From NCBI RefSeq assembly GCF_009914755.1, contig NC_060936.1: DNA of 64,000 nt; one strand, 5' to 3'. Origin of the DNA: the human T2T-CHM13v2.0 reference genome, Homo sapiens. Positions within the stretch are counted from its first letter, which is position 1. Each line of letters begins with the position of its first letter. Under the pieces are notes generated by a model. The model was not told the DNA's origin and ran no database searches. It saw nothing but the letters and a program-made list of their open reading frames with translations. The position numbers and the translations under genes were made by a program. This document shows, in pieces, positions 13,079 through 28,660 of the stretch.

Positions 13079-15049
13079 TTGTTTAAAATGGCAGAGTATT
13101 ATCAAAGAGATATGTTTTTGTCAAGAAGTTTTACAATAAACATATTCCAAAAGCCTATTTACTTTTCTATAAGATTGATAAAGATCAGAGAAATAATTAG
13201 AGATCAGGCAAATGTCCCAGATTCCAATAGGTCCATTTTGTTACTTCCCAAGCTACTTGACTTTGGACAAGTTACTCGCTATCTCGAATTCTTTGGTTCC
13301 TCATTAAAAAAAAAAAAATTAGGCCAAGATGCTTCTTTTCCTTCACTTGGGTTTATTTTGGGAGTTAAATAAGTCATGTGCTTTGAAGACCATGGTGAAG
13401 AGTCCATGATTAAATACATTCTGTATGTATTAAATACATAGTGCATTCTGGAATCTCTGGACAGATTCAGAGCTGAAGGTAAGGATAGCCAGGAAAATCG
13501 GAATTTGGGGACAAGGTTTGAACAAGTGATGAAGAAAGATATGCTGCAAGTGCATAACGGTAGACATTTGGATTGGCTGAGACCAGTTTTCCCTTTACTG
13601 CCATGAGCCAAAAACATGGTTAATGGCAGCAGTTAGCCACACATTGGAATTTTTAAAATGAGGTATGATAGGAAAAAGCTGAAGGACTGGAACAAGAGGC
13701 AAGAATAATGGGGGAGAAAAAGAAGTAAGATGAGGTGAAACGAAAGGGATAGGTTTTCTGTTCTGCTTTTCATAACAACTAGAAGAGTGTACAACAGAAG
13801 GAAGAGACAAGAAAAGGAAAACATATGTTGATCCTGTGAAGGAAGGAGGCTGGAGGAAAGACCTTTCAAAGGAAGGTTCAAGGAGAGGATCTGTTTCATA
13901 AACAACAGAAACAGCTGCTCAGAAAGAATGCAGAAAGGGTCTTGATGAAGAAATCAGAATGATTTTGATGCATATATTGGCAGTCATTCAAACTCAAGGG
14001 GGTTGGGTGCCTATAGGCTTCAGATCAGCAGAGAAGTTGGATGTGTTTTCAAGATCCTATCAGAAGTGAAAAGACAAGACCTCTGGGAAGACCTTGGTGG
14101 TGACGGAAGGCCAAGGCTAAGGTTTCTGACCATTTGCTTTAGGAAGGAAGGAGCAGATAGAGGAGGCATTGTGATGTGGTTTAAAAAAATGCATTTGTAA
14201 TTCCATTCAAAACTAGAGGACAATTTGTTAGACCTGAAAGGGGAATGTGACTGGGAAGTGGAACCCAAGGTGGAGGTCAGGCTATGAAAGTGGGCAGGGG
14301 AGGTGGGAGATGGGAGGGTGAGCAGGCAAGAATTAATGGTAACATAACAAGAGCCAAGAAAAAGAGCAAACCAAGCCTGTTTTTCAGCACGTTCTTCCAA
14401 ATAGGATCAGAACAGGTGTTGCTGGAGGCCAGCTTGGTTTGGAGTCACTTTAGATCCATGCATGTGTTTGGCATTCATGGAGTTCTGGCACTAAACAAGA
14501 ACACAGGACTCCAAGGTATGAACTGGAGTCCCCGGGTGATTTGGGGTCTCAGGTGGCAGCCTTGTCTACAGAAGCACAAATCAGGACAGATGAAAGTCAA
14601 TGTGGGAGCAGCTCTGGCTGACTGAGTGCTGCTTCTCCCCCTCAGAGTTAGGGCCCCTTTCCTGTGTGAAGACAGGCCCTAAAATTTGAAGTGAAGCAAC
14701 TGATCCTATTCCAGCTGAGGTGGACTACACAGGATGGAAGGCAAAGGAATATCAGGAGATTAAGGCAGCAATTATAAGAGGAGAAGGGATAATTGGAACT
14801 GATCTTTTTTATGTACCAAAAGAAAACATTTTTGGAAGCAGTTACATGTGGGGTGTGGTAAGAGGGAAGCAGGATTGGGGGGTAAAGAGAGGATAAGCAA
14901 TGTAGGCTGAGTGTTCTACTAAATACATTTCAGGTTTAATGTCATTTAAATGTGGCTGAAGTCCTGTGAGTTATACATTACTATTTCCAGTTTACAGGCA
15001 CATGTTAGGTTCCTTGCTACGTATAGTGATAACAACTGTGGAAACTTGA

Positions 15050-15290
15050 TTGAATGCTTATTACACACCAGGCATTTCACATAGGTCATATCATCTTTTC
15101 ATCCTTACAATAATAATAGGAAATATATACTACTATTACTCCAATTTTCCAAATGAGAAAACTGAGGCATGGAGAAGGGTAGTAACTTGCCCAAGGCCAT
15201 ACAACCAAAAAAATGGTGGAATCTGGGATGTAAACTCAGGCAGGCAATCTGTTTCCAGAGCCCAGAATGTTAATCGCCATGATGAACTGC
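15050..15290 (-). mobile_element. MIR
   Basis: ttttccaaatgagaaaactgaggcatggagaaggg..taacttgcccaaggccatac. Confidence 0.7.
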
Positions 15291-15699
15291 TTCTAGAGTT
15301 TACATGCTAACAGAAAGAGAAAATAATAAAGAAAGAAACAAACATAGTAGAAAACAAACAGGGAAGATACGGTTAGAAAGACTTAGAGGCTACTGTCTAA
15401 AAAGGAGACAAGAATGTTACAGATGGGAAGGGAAAAACTAATCTGGATAGGGAAATTTGAATGTTTATTTTTTTAGAGGTAAGAGAAACTTCACAGATAA
15501 TTTTAATAATAAAGATGATAATAACATAACAAACATTTATTGAGGGCTTACTATGTGCCAGACTCTATTCCAAGTGTTTTACATATATTATCTCATTTTT
15601 CAGAATAATCTTCTTGTCTTTTTTATTGAAATGCCAGGACATAGCACATAGTGCTCAAAGCATATTTGTTGAAAAAAAAATCTCGAAAGGTAATTATAT

Positions 15700-15950
15700 G
15701 GCCTGGCACGGTGGCTCACACCTACAATCCCGGCACTTTGGGAGGCCAAGATGTGAGGATTGTTTGAGTCCAGGAGTTCGAGACTGGCCTGGGCAACATG
15801 GCAAAGCCCCAGCTCTACAAAAAATACAAAACTCAGCTGAGTGTGGCACACGCTTGTACTCCCAGGAGGTCAAGGCTGCAGTGGGCCATGATCACGCCAC
15901 TGCACTCCAGCTTGGGCAACAGAGCGAGACTCTGTCTCCAGGAAAAAAAG
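15700..15950 (+). mobile_element. Alu (J-like) with right-arm deletion
   Basis: ggcctggcacggtggctcac...; cccaggaggtcaaggctgcagtg. Confidence 0.85.
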
Positions 15951-16029
15951 AAAGGTTAGTGTATAATTTTATCTTTTTAGAAAACTCTAGGTCATAGGGC
16001 TGAAGCTCAAGGGAATCAATGCCTGTGTC

Positions 16030-16215
16030 CCTCTTTGTTTTATTACTTCACAGCATTTATTTCTGTCTGAAATTATCTTGGTTTATTTTGCTTGTTTATT
16101 ATCTTTTTCTGCTAGCATATAAATTCTAAGAGAGCAGAAAATTCTTGTTTAATGCTGTATTTGCAGCATCTAGACCAATGCCTAGGCATATGAGGTGATT
16201 AGTAAACATTTGTTG
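16030..16215 (+). mobile_element. L2 3' end
   Basis: gagagcag..cagcatctagaccaatgcctaggcata..agtaaacatttgttg. Confidence 0.6.
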
Positions 16216-16226
16216 TTTGCTGTTTG

Positions 16227-16348
16227 TTTTTAGAGACAGGGTCTCACTTTGTTGCTCAGGCTGGTCACAAACTCCTGAACTCAAGGGATCCTCCTGTTTT
16301 GGCCTGCCAAAGTGCTGAGATTACAGGCGAGAGCCACCATACCTAGCC
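16227..16348 (-). mobile_element. Alu monomer (FLAM-like)
   Basis: Single left arm in reverse. Confidence 0.8.
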
Positions 16349-16594
16349 AACAAAACTCTTGTTCCACTGTAGTACACTGAATTACTGAGCAGAGACGCCT
16401 GCTGCTCATCATTTTGTGCCTTCTCTGAAGCAGCATCTGTCCACTTTCTCCATCACTAACTCAATCGTCCATTTACCCAGGCAGGCTTAGTTGTGGAGCA
16501 AGGAAGAAGAGAAGTTTCTTGTTTATCTTGTTTTCAAAACAAATGGAGATTATAACAAAGGTGATCAAACCATATCTCTATAAAAATGACTCTT

Positions 16595-17312
16595 CCATCT
16601 CACCCTCATAAGGATGGCTACTATCAAAAAAAGCAAAGCAGAAAATAAAATGTCAGTGAAGTTGTGGAGAAACTGGAACCCTCCTGTGTTGTTGGTGGGA
16701 ATGTAAAACAGTGCAGCCACTGCAGAAAATACTATGATGGTTTTCTCAAAAAATTAAAAATAGAATTCCGTATGATCCATCAATCCCACTTTTTGGGTAT
16801 ATACTCAAAAGAATTGAAAACAGGGTCTTGAACAGATATTTGCATACGCATGTTCATAGCAGCAGTATTCACAATAGTCAAAATATGGAAGCAACTGAAG
16901 TCTTCATCAATTGATGAATGGATAAACAAAATATGTGTCCTAAAATGGAATATTATTCAGCCTTAAAAAGCAAGGAAATTCTGACACATGCTACAACATA
17001 GATGAACCTTGAGGATATTATGCTAAGTGAAATAAGCCAGCCACAAACAGACAAATACTGTATGACTCCACTTACGTAAAAGGTGCCTAGAGCATTTAAA
17101 CTGACAGAGACAGAAAATAGAATGGCAGTTACCAGTTGGGCTGAGAGAGGAATGGGGAGTTTTTTAATGGATACTGAGTTTTTCAACATGAACAGAATTC
17201 CAGAGATTGGTTGTACAACAATGTGAATGTACTTAACCCTAATAAATTGTCCACTTACAAATGGTTAGGATGATAAATTTTGTCATGTGCATTTTGTCAC
17301 AATTTAATAAAA
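16595..17312 (+). mobile_element. L1M (L1MB-like) ORF2 end and 3' UTR
   Basis: ggagaaactggaaccctc..gatccatcaatcccact..gaaccttgaggatattatgctaagtgaaataagccag. Confidence 0.85.
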
Positions 17313-17333
17313 GGATTAAAAAATAACTTTGGG

Positions 17334-17950
<617 letters not shown>

Positions 17951-18107
17951 GGCTTTTTAATATAATGCATATACTTAAGCATTTTACAAGCATCTCTACA
18001 GAGATTTAGGACCTTGGAGCCTGAGATGTTTATGCATGAAGTCAGGCTGATGAGATCAGGCTGTGAATGAAAACAGTGCTCTGAAGGCAAGCCTCTGTGA
18101 CACTCAC

Positions 18108-18221
18108 CTATCCATACGAAGCTGGCAGACAATGCTTAGTGCATCCACAACTCCTTCTTCTTTCAGCTGTTGACAGCCAATGGATGTAGCAATAAAACAC
18201 CCTGTTCTACCTATTCCTGCA
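18108..18221 (-). CDS. PTPRR: PTPRR penultimate coding exon (P-loop SAGIGRTG)
   Basis: 114 nt; ttcAG|T GCA ... GAT AG|GTgagt; (S)AGIGRTGCFIATSIGCQQLKEEGVVDALSIVCQLRMD. Confidence 0.97.
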
Positions 18222-18859
18222 CTGAAAAGAAAAGAAAAGAAATTTAAAAAGTGGGGGAAAATGACAAAGATAAGAAACATTCTTTTACAAGGGTACTTTT
18301 AAATCTGAAACCACAGTTAAAAGTAGTATTCACATATTGAGTATTATAAACCTGGCCCTGTGCTAAGTGCTTAAAATATATTTTTACATTTAATTATAAG
18401 TAGTAGGATGAGAGGGGTGGGGGGAAGTGGTGAGTTGGGGGAACAGTAAAAAGGCATTATAATTGTTCTAGAAAAAATAAAAAATAATTAAGGTCTGCAC
18501 TTAGGCAAGATACAGGCAGTAGAAAGGAGGGGGAAGATTTAGGCACATTCCCAGTGTGAATCTGAAGGACTGGAGCTGAAGAGGGAGAAAAGCAAAAAGT
18601 CAAAGATGACTAGGCCTGGAGAGAAAGAAGAATGGTGATGCCCTGAGGCCAAGTGCATGCTGGAATAGGGTGAATTTGAAGGAGGCAGGGAAGGGGAGTT
18701 TTGCCTTGGACATACTGATGTTCAGAAGTCTAGTGAATAATTGAGCAATTGAAGATTGGATTCATTTTAGGAGAGGGTGCAGCTAGAGGCACATATTTCC
18801 AAGAGATTTGTATAGACATGATAATTGAACAGAAATGATGTCTGTCCTGGTGGGTTTAT

Positions 18860-19800
18860 ACATTCAACTGCCTTAGACGATATGTCCATAAAATCAACCT
18901 CACAAGCACACGTGCTCTCTCTGTCTCTGTCTGCAGTTTTAACCACTAACAGTCTCTATGTAAAAGATTCTTTCAAATCTACATCTAGACTCCCTAAATT
19001 TCCTAAACTCTAGATTGTCATTCCATCTCCTCCTTACTATTTTGGACTTGCTTCAGTTCAATGTATCTAAATTCAATGTATCTAAAACAGAATTAATTAT
19101 CTTTTCCCTCAATGGCATTACCAGTCTGCCACAAGTTTTCCAGCCTAGAAGTCTTGGAACCATCTTTTACATCTCTCCCTTTCTCACCTCCCACATCCAA
19201 TCTGTTACCACTTCTTCTATTTTCCATCTCTGCTGAGCCTGTGGGATTCATGCTTTCCTTTCTATAGACTGTAATCACGTTTTCAACATCTCCTTTTTTC
19301 ATGATTAGCAGTGATCTCATTATAGTTTCCAAGTCTCAAGTCTTTTCCTTGACAAATTCGCACAGCTGCTAAGTTCATCTTTCTGAAATAGGGACTTAAT
19401 TATATCATTCCCTACTCAAAACCTATAGATGGCTCCATTAACTATAGCATAATGTCTAACCTCCCTACCATGGTATTCATGACCTTGCAAAATCTGAATG
19501 TGACTAACTTTCAAGCCTTATGTATTTTGCTGTCTTCCCTCCCGTGTGCCATGATTTTCACTTACGTCAATTGTTTGGGCTTTTGGTTTTCCAATTTTTC
19601 TGTGTTAACAATGTTTTCTTGGTCAGAAATGCCCTCCCTCCTTTTAAAACCACAACATTGATTATTTCAAAAGGCTCAGTTCAGCATTATTCCAATTTTT
19701 AGAGGTTTTCTTCAGCTCCCATGGTTGGAAATAATTGCTCCCCTCTTGGCACTCAAATAGCACCTATTTCTCACATTTGGCACTTGTTTTCTGTTGAATG
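18860..19800 (+). mobile_element. L2 remnant
   Basis: aaattcaatgtatctaaaacagaatt; cacctcccacatccaatctgttacc; 15-bp tandem duplication 19057-19086. Confidence 0.55.
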
Positions 19801-20285
19801 TGAGTGCAGAGGAATTCAGAGGAGTGGCTCTCTTTTAGCTGAAGTGTCCACAGAAAGTTCATTTCATTGAAGAAATAGGATTGGAACTGTGCCCCATGAA
19901 TGGCAGGTATTTTGGCTGTTATAACTGAGAGAGAATATTCTAGGTACGACAATGATATACAATGAAAGAAGAAAAGAATTAATGAGAAACAGCAAATATG
20001 ATTTGCAACAATAAGTAGAACAGCTTGTCTTGAAGAGAAAGTTATTTTAGTGGAACTATGGGAAATAAAGATAGAGAGGTACCCTGGGATCTTATATGGA
20101 AGGCTAAGTGGTTTGAAATACATCCTTTTTTTTTTTTTTAAGTAAGAATTTGATGAAGACTATAAGCTTCCACTCTTCAGAAAAATTCACATAAGTTTAC
20201 ATACTCAAATGTGTCCAAATAATTTCAAGGAGTTCACTGACCTCTGCGGTTTATGGATAGGTTCAACGTTAGGGACTTTTGCTCT

Positions 20286-20287
<2 letters not shown>

Positions 20288-20323
<36 letters not shown>

Positions 20324-20606
20324 GACAGAGTCTTTCTCTGTCGCACAGGCTGCTGAAATACAGTGGCGGGATCTTGACTCACTGCAACCTCTGCCTCCTC
20401 GGTTCAAGCGATTCTCCTGCCTCCGCCTCCCAAGTAGCTAGGAGTACAGGCACATTCCACCACGCCTGGCTAATTTTTGTATTTTTAGTAGAGAGGGCGT
20501 TTCATCATATTGGCCAGGCTGGACTTGAACTCCTGACCTCAAGTGATCTGCCTGCCTCGGCCTCCCAAAGTGCTAGGATTGCAGGTGTGAGCTACCGCAC
20601 CTGGCC
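20288..20606 (-). mobile_element. Alu (AluS-like) with long poly(A)
   Basis: About T32 then reverse Alu. Confidence 0.92.
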
Positions 20607-21189
20607 CATTGACAAGCTTTGAGCAGAGACTCCATGTAAGGTGAGACGGAGAAAGGGCACAGGTAGGCCATGGTGGCGGTGAGAGCATGGGGGAATGCGG
20701 TATGTGTGTGCATTTTACCAGCTACTTCTAAAATACATGGATGAGGTCAGAAGGGCCTGAACTATGGTGGCTGGACAGGAAATGGTGATTATGGGAGAAG
20801 CTTTGAAGGGAAAGCCAATCTAGTGACTGATTAGATACTGATGTTGGAGTTAAAAGGAGGACCAGAGATAACTGTCAACATGGGATCCTGAGTGACTGGA
20901 AAAAAGATAGTCTCATTCTCAGAAATAGTAATCAGAAGGGGAGCTGGTTTTATAGGGGAAGTGACTAGTTCATTTTAGATATCCTGAGTGTTTAATGACT
21001 TTGGGTGGGGGACAGTTCCAGCCCTAACGCATAGTCAGTTAGGCTGTTTTTTTGTTTTTGTTTTTTTGGCTCCAAGTTAAGTTTAGGATAAAGCCAGTAT
21101 TATCTACCTTTGGATAAATAGACACATAGTAAACTTTACTCTTAATTAAACCACACAATCTCAAAAAAGGAGGCTAAAATTATACTCTA

Positions 21190-21627
<438 letters not shown>

Positions 21628-22347
21628 TCATATAAATTACTTTAAAAATGCTGCCTTCAGTTTGGTTACATTAAAAGGAAAATTAGGGGAAGGAGGTATC
21701 AGTTTTAGGAAGAGAGCTTTGAACTAGAAATTAGGGACAGGAACCAGCACAGACCCTGCTGCTGTTGTTGGCTTGGCCTCTAGTGCTCCATGTTCTGGTA
21801 ACAGCACTTTGTTTTCCTTTGGTGACTTGCTCACTTCTCATTTCATAAATTTGTTTCAACCTGTTTTTCTGGAGATAACTCTTAAAATAATTGACTGGTT
21901 TTCACCAAACTTGAAATAGTAATGTTACCAAGATACAAGCCAAGCAGAGTTCACATGTCATGTTGAAACAACAAAAAAGCCACTGATAATTTCAAAAAGT
22001 GCATCTTTATTCCTGGTGTGTACAAGACTGATGAGACTAAATCAATCAATATAAGTTTCAAAGCAGATAACTGCTGAATAGGTCTCCTGTTCACTGAGCC
22101 ATTTATTACGAACTTGTATTTCGCCGACTGTGTAATTGTTGTTTGTGAAAAATGACCTAAAAGCATGACTTCACTTCTGTCAGCATAATCTTGATTCAGA
22201 CTCAAATATTACAGACTTAACCAATTTCAATAAATATTTAATTTGCCAACAAAGTCACATCCAGGAAGCAAAACCCACTTGCACCTGCTCTGTGACTTTA
22301 CAAAGAATGGGCCATTGCTTAGACAGAAAGGACCATACACGTCTTAC

Positions 22348-22505
22348 CTGCAGTGGACAACCACAGGCCCTCGGCCCTGGGAAGCAAGTCTGTCTTCTTC
22401 TACATCCAGCATGAGCTGTAGGAGGGGCTGGGCACTGTCTGGAGTCTTGTGATCAGGCCATGAGGTGTACCAGTAATGCTTCACATGTTGGGTGTGGCTT
22501 CCTTG
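22348..22505 (-). CDS. PTPRR: PTPRR coding exon (WPD loop and catalytic Cys)
   Basis: 158 nt; tttcAG|CAA ... TGC AG|GTaag; QGSHTQHVKHYWYTSWPDHKTPD...GPVVVHC. Confidence 0.97.
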
Positions 22506-23093
22506 CTGAAAATAGCAACAGCCACCAAATGCCTCATTCACTTGTAGAACTAAAAGTCATCCAAACCACAATACTGAATGCCTTTTATCACCCCCATCTT
22601 GCTGGCAATTTATTTCTAGGTGGGAAAAAAATTTAGAAGATTTTTGAAGAGTGCCCTTTTACTTTGAGAAGACTTTACTGTCAGTAACCTGTTTGCAAAG
22701 TGAGAAAGTCATACCTTTGTTGAGATTTACATCTCTACCTATAGTTATAATATAGATCATATAAGTAACATATGCTAAATATATATTTATAATTTATTAT
22801 AATAAACAAGATGGTAGGTGAAAATGTAGCCAAGAAAGAATGAGATATATTTTGTTTCCTGCTCTATGAGCATTCCTGACAAGTTATTATAAACATGTTA
22901 ATCAATAGAACACTTAATTTCATATCAGTCATGCTAATACTTCTACACTCATCCAAAACTCCAGTATTTAATAGGAGTGAGGAATCACAGCAATAAAGAA
23001 GCTACATGAGATCCCTCTATTGGAAACACTTGGGTGAGGGCCCACACACCTCATCTCCAAACCCAGCACGGGTGAGGGTGTGGCATGAACCTC

Positions 23094-23219
23094 GCACTCC
23101 AGAACATGTGTTGAAAAATAAGTTTTGGTAAATGCCTTCCTATTCCAAACTTCCCCGGCACTCCAGAACATGTGTTGAAAAACAGGTTTTGGTAAACGCC
23201 TTCCTATTCCAAACTTCCC
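23094..23219. repeat. 64-bp-period tandem duplication (2 copies)
   Basis: GCACTCCAGAACATGTGTTGAAAAA... at 23094 and 23158; 3 mismatches over 62 bp. Confidence 0.95.
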
Positions 23220-23902
23220 AACAAAAGCCATCACTGTAGCTCTGCCCCTGTTTTCTTCCTCTTTGTGATGATTCTATCCCAGCAGTGAGGCTGCAGATAA
23301 GATCGAAATTTTTGGGTGATTATTCTCCAGAAGCAAAAATAATACCATGGTAACATTTCTCAGCATCTGCTGCCCATGAGTTAAATAAGATAGTTTTCCT
23401 ATGACATAATCTCGTCTGGGGAAAGTCCCTATAAATTACTGTAACTCCACGCTTCTGAAGATCTCATCAACACTTCAGGCTTGCCTTGCTTCCCACTGCC
23501 ACCCACAAATGCAGATTTTCTCTTTCACAGCTTCCAGGCCTTACGCAAAGCTGCTTAGATCAAAATGACATTAAAAAAAATCATGGTAAAGTCTCCAGCA
23601 CAGCCTTTAGTTAAAAGCTTTCAAAAGGTTAAATCAGAGATATTTTATTAACGCAAATTAGAGGATCACAACATCCTACATAATGAATTTTCTTAATGTC
23701 TACTTACATTCATTTAATTATACTGCATATTAATAGTAGTTGACAACAAAAAATACATGAGGGAATGATTATAGTTTCTCTTTGATCTTAACATTATTTA
23801 ATTTGCTTAAATTGCATTTGTAGTACTTAAATAATTTCAAAGTAGAAATGTAATCCTCTAACATCATCTACTTTGTAGATGGCTATAGCTACATAATCTT
23901 AC

Positions 23903-24013
23903 CTTTAAGACAAGGTTTCGAATGGTGTAGTTATCACATTCATTTACACTGATAACCAGAACCTCAACTTTTCCATATATCCCTCTCTTTTCCGGCCAGT
24001 ATAGCACACATTT
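23903..24013 (-). CDS. PTPRR: PTPRR coding exon (KCxxYWP motif)
   Basis: 111 nt; ccAG|AAA ... AAG|GTaag; KCVLYWPEKRGIYGKVEVLVISVNECDNYTIRNLVLK. Confidence 0.97.
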
Positions 24014-24689
24014 CTGGAGGAAGGGAAAGAGAATACAGCAAATATTAATGGCTTTTATTAGCCATGGAGTACTTTTCATTCAAGCATCTCAAGAGTTTTA
24101 TATCATTAGTTTTAAAATATCAAATATCAATTTTTATAGTTTTGTAAATATACTAAAACCATTGAATTGTAAATCTTAAGCAGCTAGATTTTATGGTATA
24201 TAAATTATATCTCAACAGTTTTTTTTAAAGTATCAGTTTCATATGTGCCTATTAAACACTGTCACTGCTGGCTCCATACAAAAAAAAAAGGCAGAATTAC
24301 CCAAAACTCCTCAGAGAAATTAAGAACTAATTAAGAAGTTAAGAAATTTAAGAGTTAAGAAATTGAGATCCAAATATTAGAATTTATCATGTGCTGACTA
24401 GAAATAAAAGAATGTTTTCCCACAATAATTGAGGAAAGTTACATTTTCCTGCTTCAACAAACTTATGTCTAATGAGAATATCTAATATGTTAGGTGGCAT
24501 ACAACCAAGTTTCCTTTATATGTAAGGCAGATATAATGATCATTAATACAACTATGGTATTATATTTTCCCGGACCAACAGTTTTTTTCACTTATGGAAC
24601 TAATTTACAAAAATTACGTTAAAAATATTTTTATAATGGATCCTCCTGAGGAGCTTTAAAAGAGTGACAATAATTATACTGCAAGCAAG

Positions 24690-24890
24690 GCAACATAGCA
24701 TGGTGGTTAAGGCGCAGGCTTTGAACTCGGAACCTGAGTCCAAATTTTGGTTCTACCATTCATTACCTGTGAATCCACGAACAAGATACTTAAACCCTTT
24801 GGTTATAGTTTCTTTATTATTGGCTATCTGGAAAGTACTTAGGATAAAGCCAGGCATAGAGTAAGCACTTACAACATGTTATTATTGCTG
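24690..24890 (+). mobile_element. MIR
   Basis: gcaacatagcatggtggttaaggcgcaggctttgaactc; ggcatagagtaagcactt. Confidence 0.65.
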
Positions 24891-26753
24891 TTGTTATTTT
24901 AAAACTACTGGGTGATAGGTTTTTGGCCCAAAGTGATTAGATCTTCATGCATTAAATATTATTTTGGTATTATTATAGTCAGTTATCATTATTAAATAAA
25001 AATTGCAAAATGAGATTCAAGCATACATATAATCTCATTTTGCTTTTTAAACAACTGTAAAATAACTATTTTTTACCACAAATTTTGATGATAAAGAATG
25101 TAAAATGACAAATGTTTATGTTTTATTTTGAGTGCTCTTGGAAGCAATGTTAATTTTAGAAATGTTTAAATAGCACTTATTTTCTCCCAACCATACATAC
25201 ATTTACATAGAAATTCTTTCATTTGTTGCCTTCAATCAGAACCTTTTAATACCCAGGACACTTGTTTCTTCACATCTTTGTCAAAGGCATATGAATACAC
25301 TTGATAAAAATTTAAATACTTATAGATTTAAAAGAGCAGCAAAAGACTCACAAAATTATAGAACTGAAGGAAAAGTGACACAAAGTATCAGAAACACACC
25401 TCCAGGGCTCTATTATGCTAAGTACCACTACTCTACAAGCTAGCACAGCGAAGGAAGTCACTTCACCTAGCAGAATCAGTTTCTTTCATCCATTACAATA
25501 AAAACACATTTACATCCTCTACATTTTGACCCTTTTTCTAAATGAAGTAAATTGTTTCAGCTTTATTTACATGCCACCTGAGACTCTCAGGCTATCAGAC
25601 CAAAAGACTTACTCTGGCTGACTTAATGTTAACATTAAGAGAAGAAACCTTTTTAAAGTAGAGCAACTCATTTCTCTCGAAATCTATGAGTTGCCAAATG
25701 TCTAAAATTTTCCCACTTTGTTAAAGGTAATCATACAAACCAATTTGCCTGGTTTCTTTCAATGAAGCATCAATTATTTCGCTGTAAGACCCGAGCTACT
25801 GTGTATCTTAAAACCCATGCCTCCCGATGAGTCCAAGAAGAATGACAAAGAATCTTGGAAAAGGTATTGAACAAAGAAAGAGGCATTCATTCAGTAGTCC
25901 AGCAGTCTGGCGTACGTGCCCCATTGTCCACGATCAGACCTGAGCAGCAGGGCCCTCTTTAGGAAGGTGGCTCTCAAAACCAGTAAGAAAAGCTGCAAAG
26001 CAGGAGCTTGCCGCCTGCACCCTGACTCTTAATACTTGCACAGGCTTCTGCACCTACTTGATAAATGGAAATGCTGCTCGCTTCTCTCCCAAGCTTGCCG
26101 GGGGCCCTCTTGAATGTTTTTTTTGACTCGTTACCAAAAAAGCAATTGGCAGTCAGCTCCCAGTAGACAATGCAATGTGACTTGTTCATTCAAACAACCC
26201 TTAATTAGCATCCCATCTCCTTTCTGAGATACAATAGCTTATTTTTACACACTGAATACATTTTTCCCTCATTTAGATGACAGAAAAAGAGACCAGATAA
26301 GTGTGGGTACTTTTGAATATGAGGTGGGGGACAGCTGCAAATGCAGTTGTTTCTAAGAGTACAAGTTCATGTTCAAATTATTTTCCTGTACAGCTTTTTA
26401 GGGTTTCTTTATTGTGGTGCTAACAATGAGATAAAAGAGGCAGAAAAGGCAGGGAAGAAAAATGCTGCCTTACAGATAATACTGTGAAACCACACTAATT
26501 GTAGGTGATTCAAAATAGCATGCTATTTAGCAGAATATAACCCCAAATCATCACTATTCTTTTGCTAGCTAGGCTTATCCTTTCAGTAAAATTATCTATT
26601 AATTCTAAGAATCCATAATTTGGAAGAAAAAAATAGGTTTCCAGAGGACAGTGTCTCTTGTGCAAACAAGTTATTATCAAACTCTGACTGAAAAGATTCT
26701 GGACATTAACCAGTGCTTTGTAACTGGTGGTTTACAGCAAAAGTAGGATGTAA

Positions 26754-27174
<421 letters not shown>

Positions 27175-28324
27175 TAGCTAGTTGTTTAGTTGCCTGAAAA
27201 AAAAAAACCTATTTTTAAGTTATTTTCTTTTTAGTTTCTATATATTTAAATATCAGAGATATTGCTCTATAAGCTAAAGATCTGTATCATCACATAGAAT
27301 GTGGCTCTAAGTAAATAAAATCTTCATACTTAGCTTCATTTGGGTTATATTAATACATGAGAGGGATAGAATGGGTCAGGTTGTCTAAAATTATTATTAC
27401 TATAGCTACTTTTATTCCTGGTGCTCCGATGGAATATTACTGACATAGGCTCAGAGATTTAAGTACCTTCACCAACATCATATCATTTAGCCCCTTCCAC
27501 AATCCTTTGAAGTAGGTAGGGTGGGTAGCAGGTATTATTATTATTTAAATTATTTTTCAGATGAGGACATGAAGGCTCAGGTGTTTTGGTAGGGGAAAAT
27601 TGCCTTGGGGGGCTAGAATTTTCCAAGAAAATATCACTTTATGAATGAAACTTTCCATCTTTGATTTCCACACTGACTCTTAACCAATGCTACTTAACCA
27701 CAGCATTGACCAATGACCTGTTCCCTCTGTCAAATATGTTGAGGCACATGCAACCTTGCATAGTCTTGGTTCACTCTCCTACTGAGCTCAGTACTTCTGT
27801 TACCATCTTTTGATCTCTGTGTTCCTCAAGTTGTTTTTATACCAAAACACCTTTATGGCAGGTGTACTTATTATTGAAGTCCAGTAATTTAATTACATAT
27901 TACAGAAATCAATAAAATATGAGGTTTAAAAGAGAAAAGAGCTTTATGAGATAATTGAATAAGTTGCGTAAGTTTTTCACTGGTGAAAAAAGTAAACCAG
28001 TAAAGAAAACTACAGTCAAATCAGGGACAGGTGAGACAATGACAGAAATTTGTCTCTAAGTTAAAAAATCTAAATAGAAAACTGCATTTATATTGTTTCA
28101 TAGGCTTTTCTATTTTCTCTTTCATTTTAAATAAACTAAAATGGAAAATTTTGATAATATATAAACAATGTGATTGACATAAACTATATGATCTAGAACT
28201 CCATCTTCAGACCAACACTCATAAGACTGAACCCCATAATAAACAAACACATTTGAATATGAACAAATGTACATGTTTTAAAATAAAATACTTTTTTTAT
28301 GATTCTCACATTGACCATTTTTGA

Positions 28325-28660
<336 letters not shown>

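Noticed and set aside
13480-14900. Purine-skewed segment with 113-126 aa ORFs
   Set aside because: No recognisable protein or splice structure; probably a very old LINE remnant that I cannot assign by eye
24318-24368. Run of TTAAGA-like units
   Set aside because: Short low-complexity slippage; no supportable function
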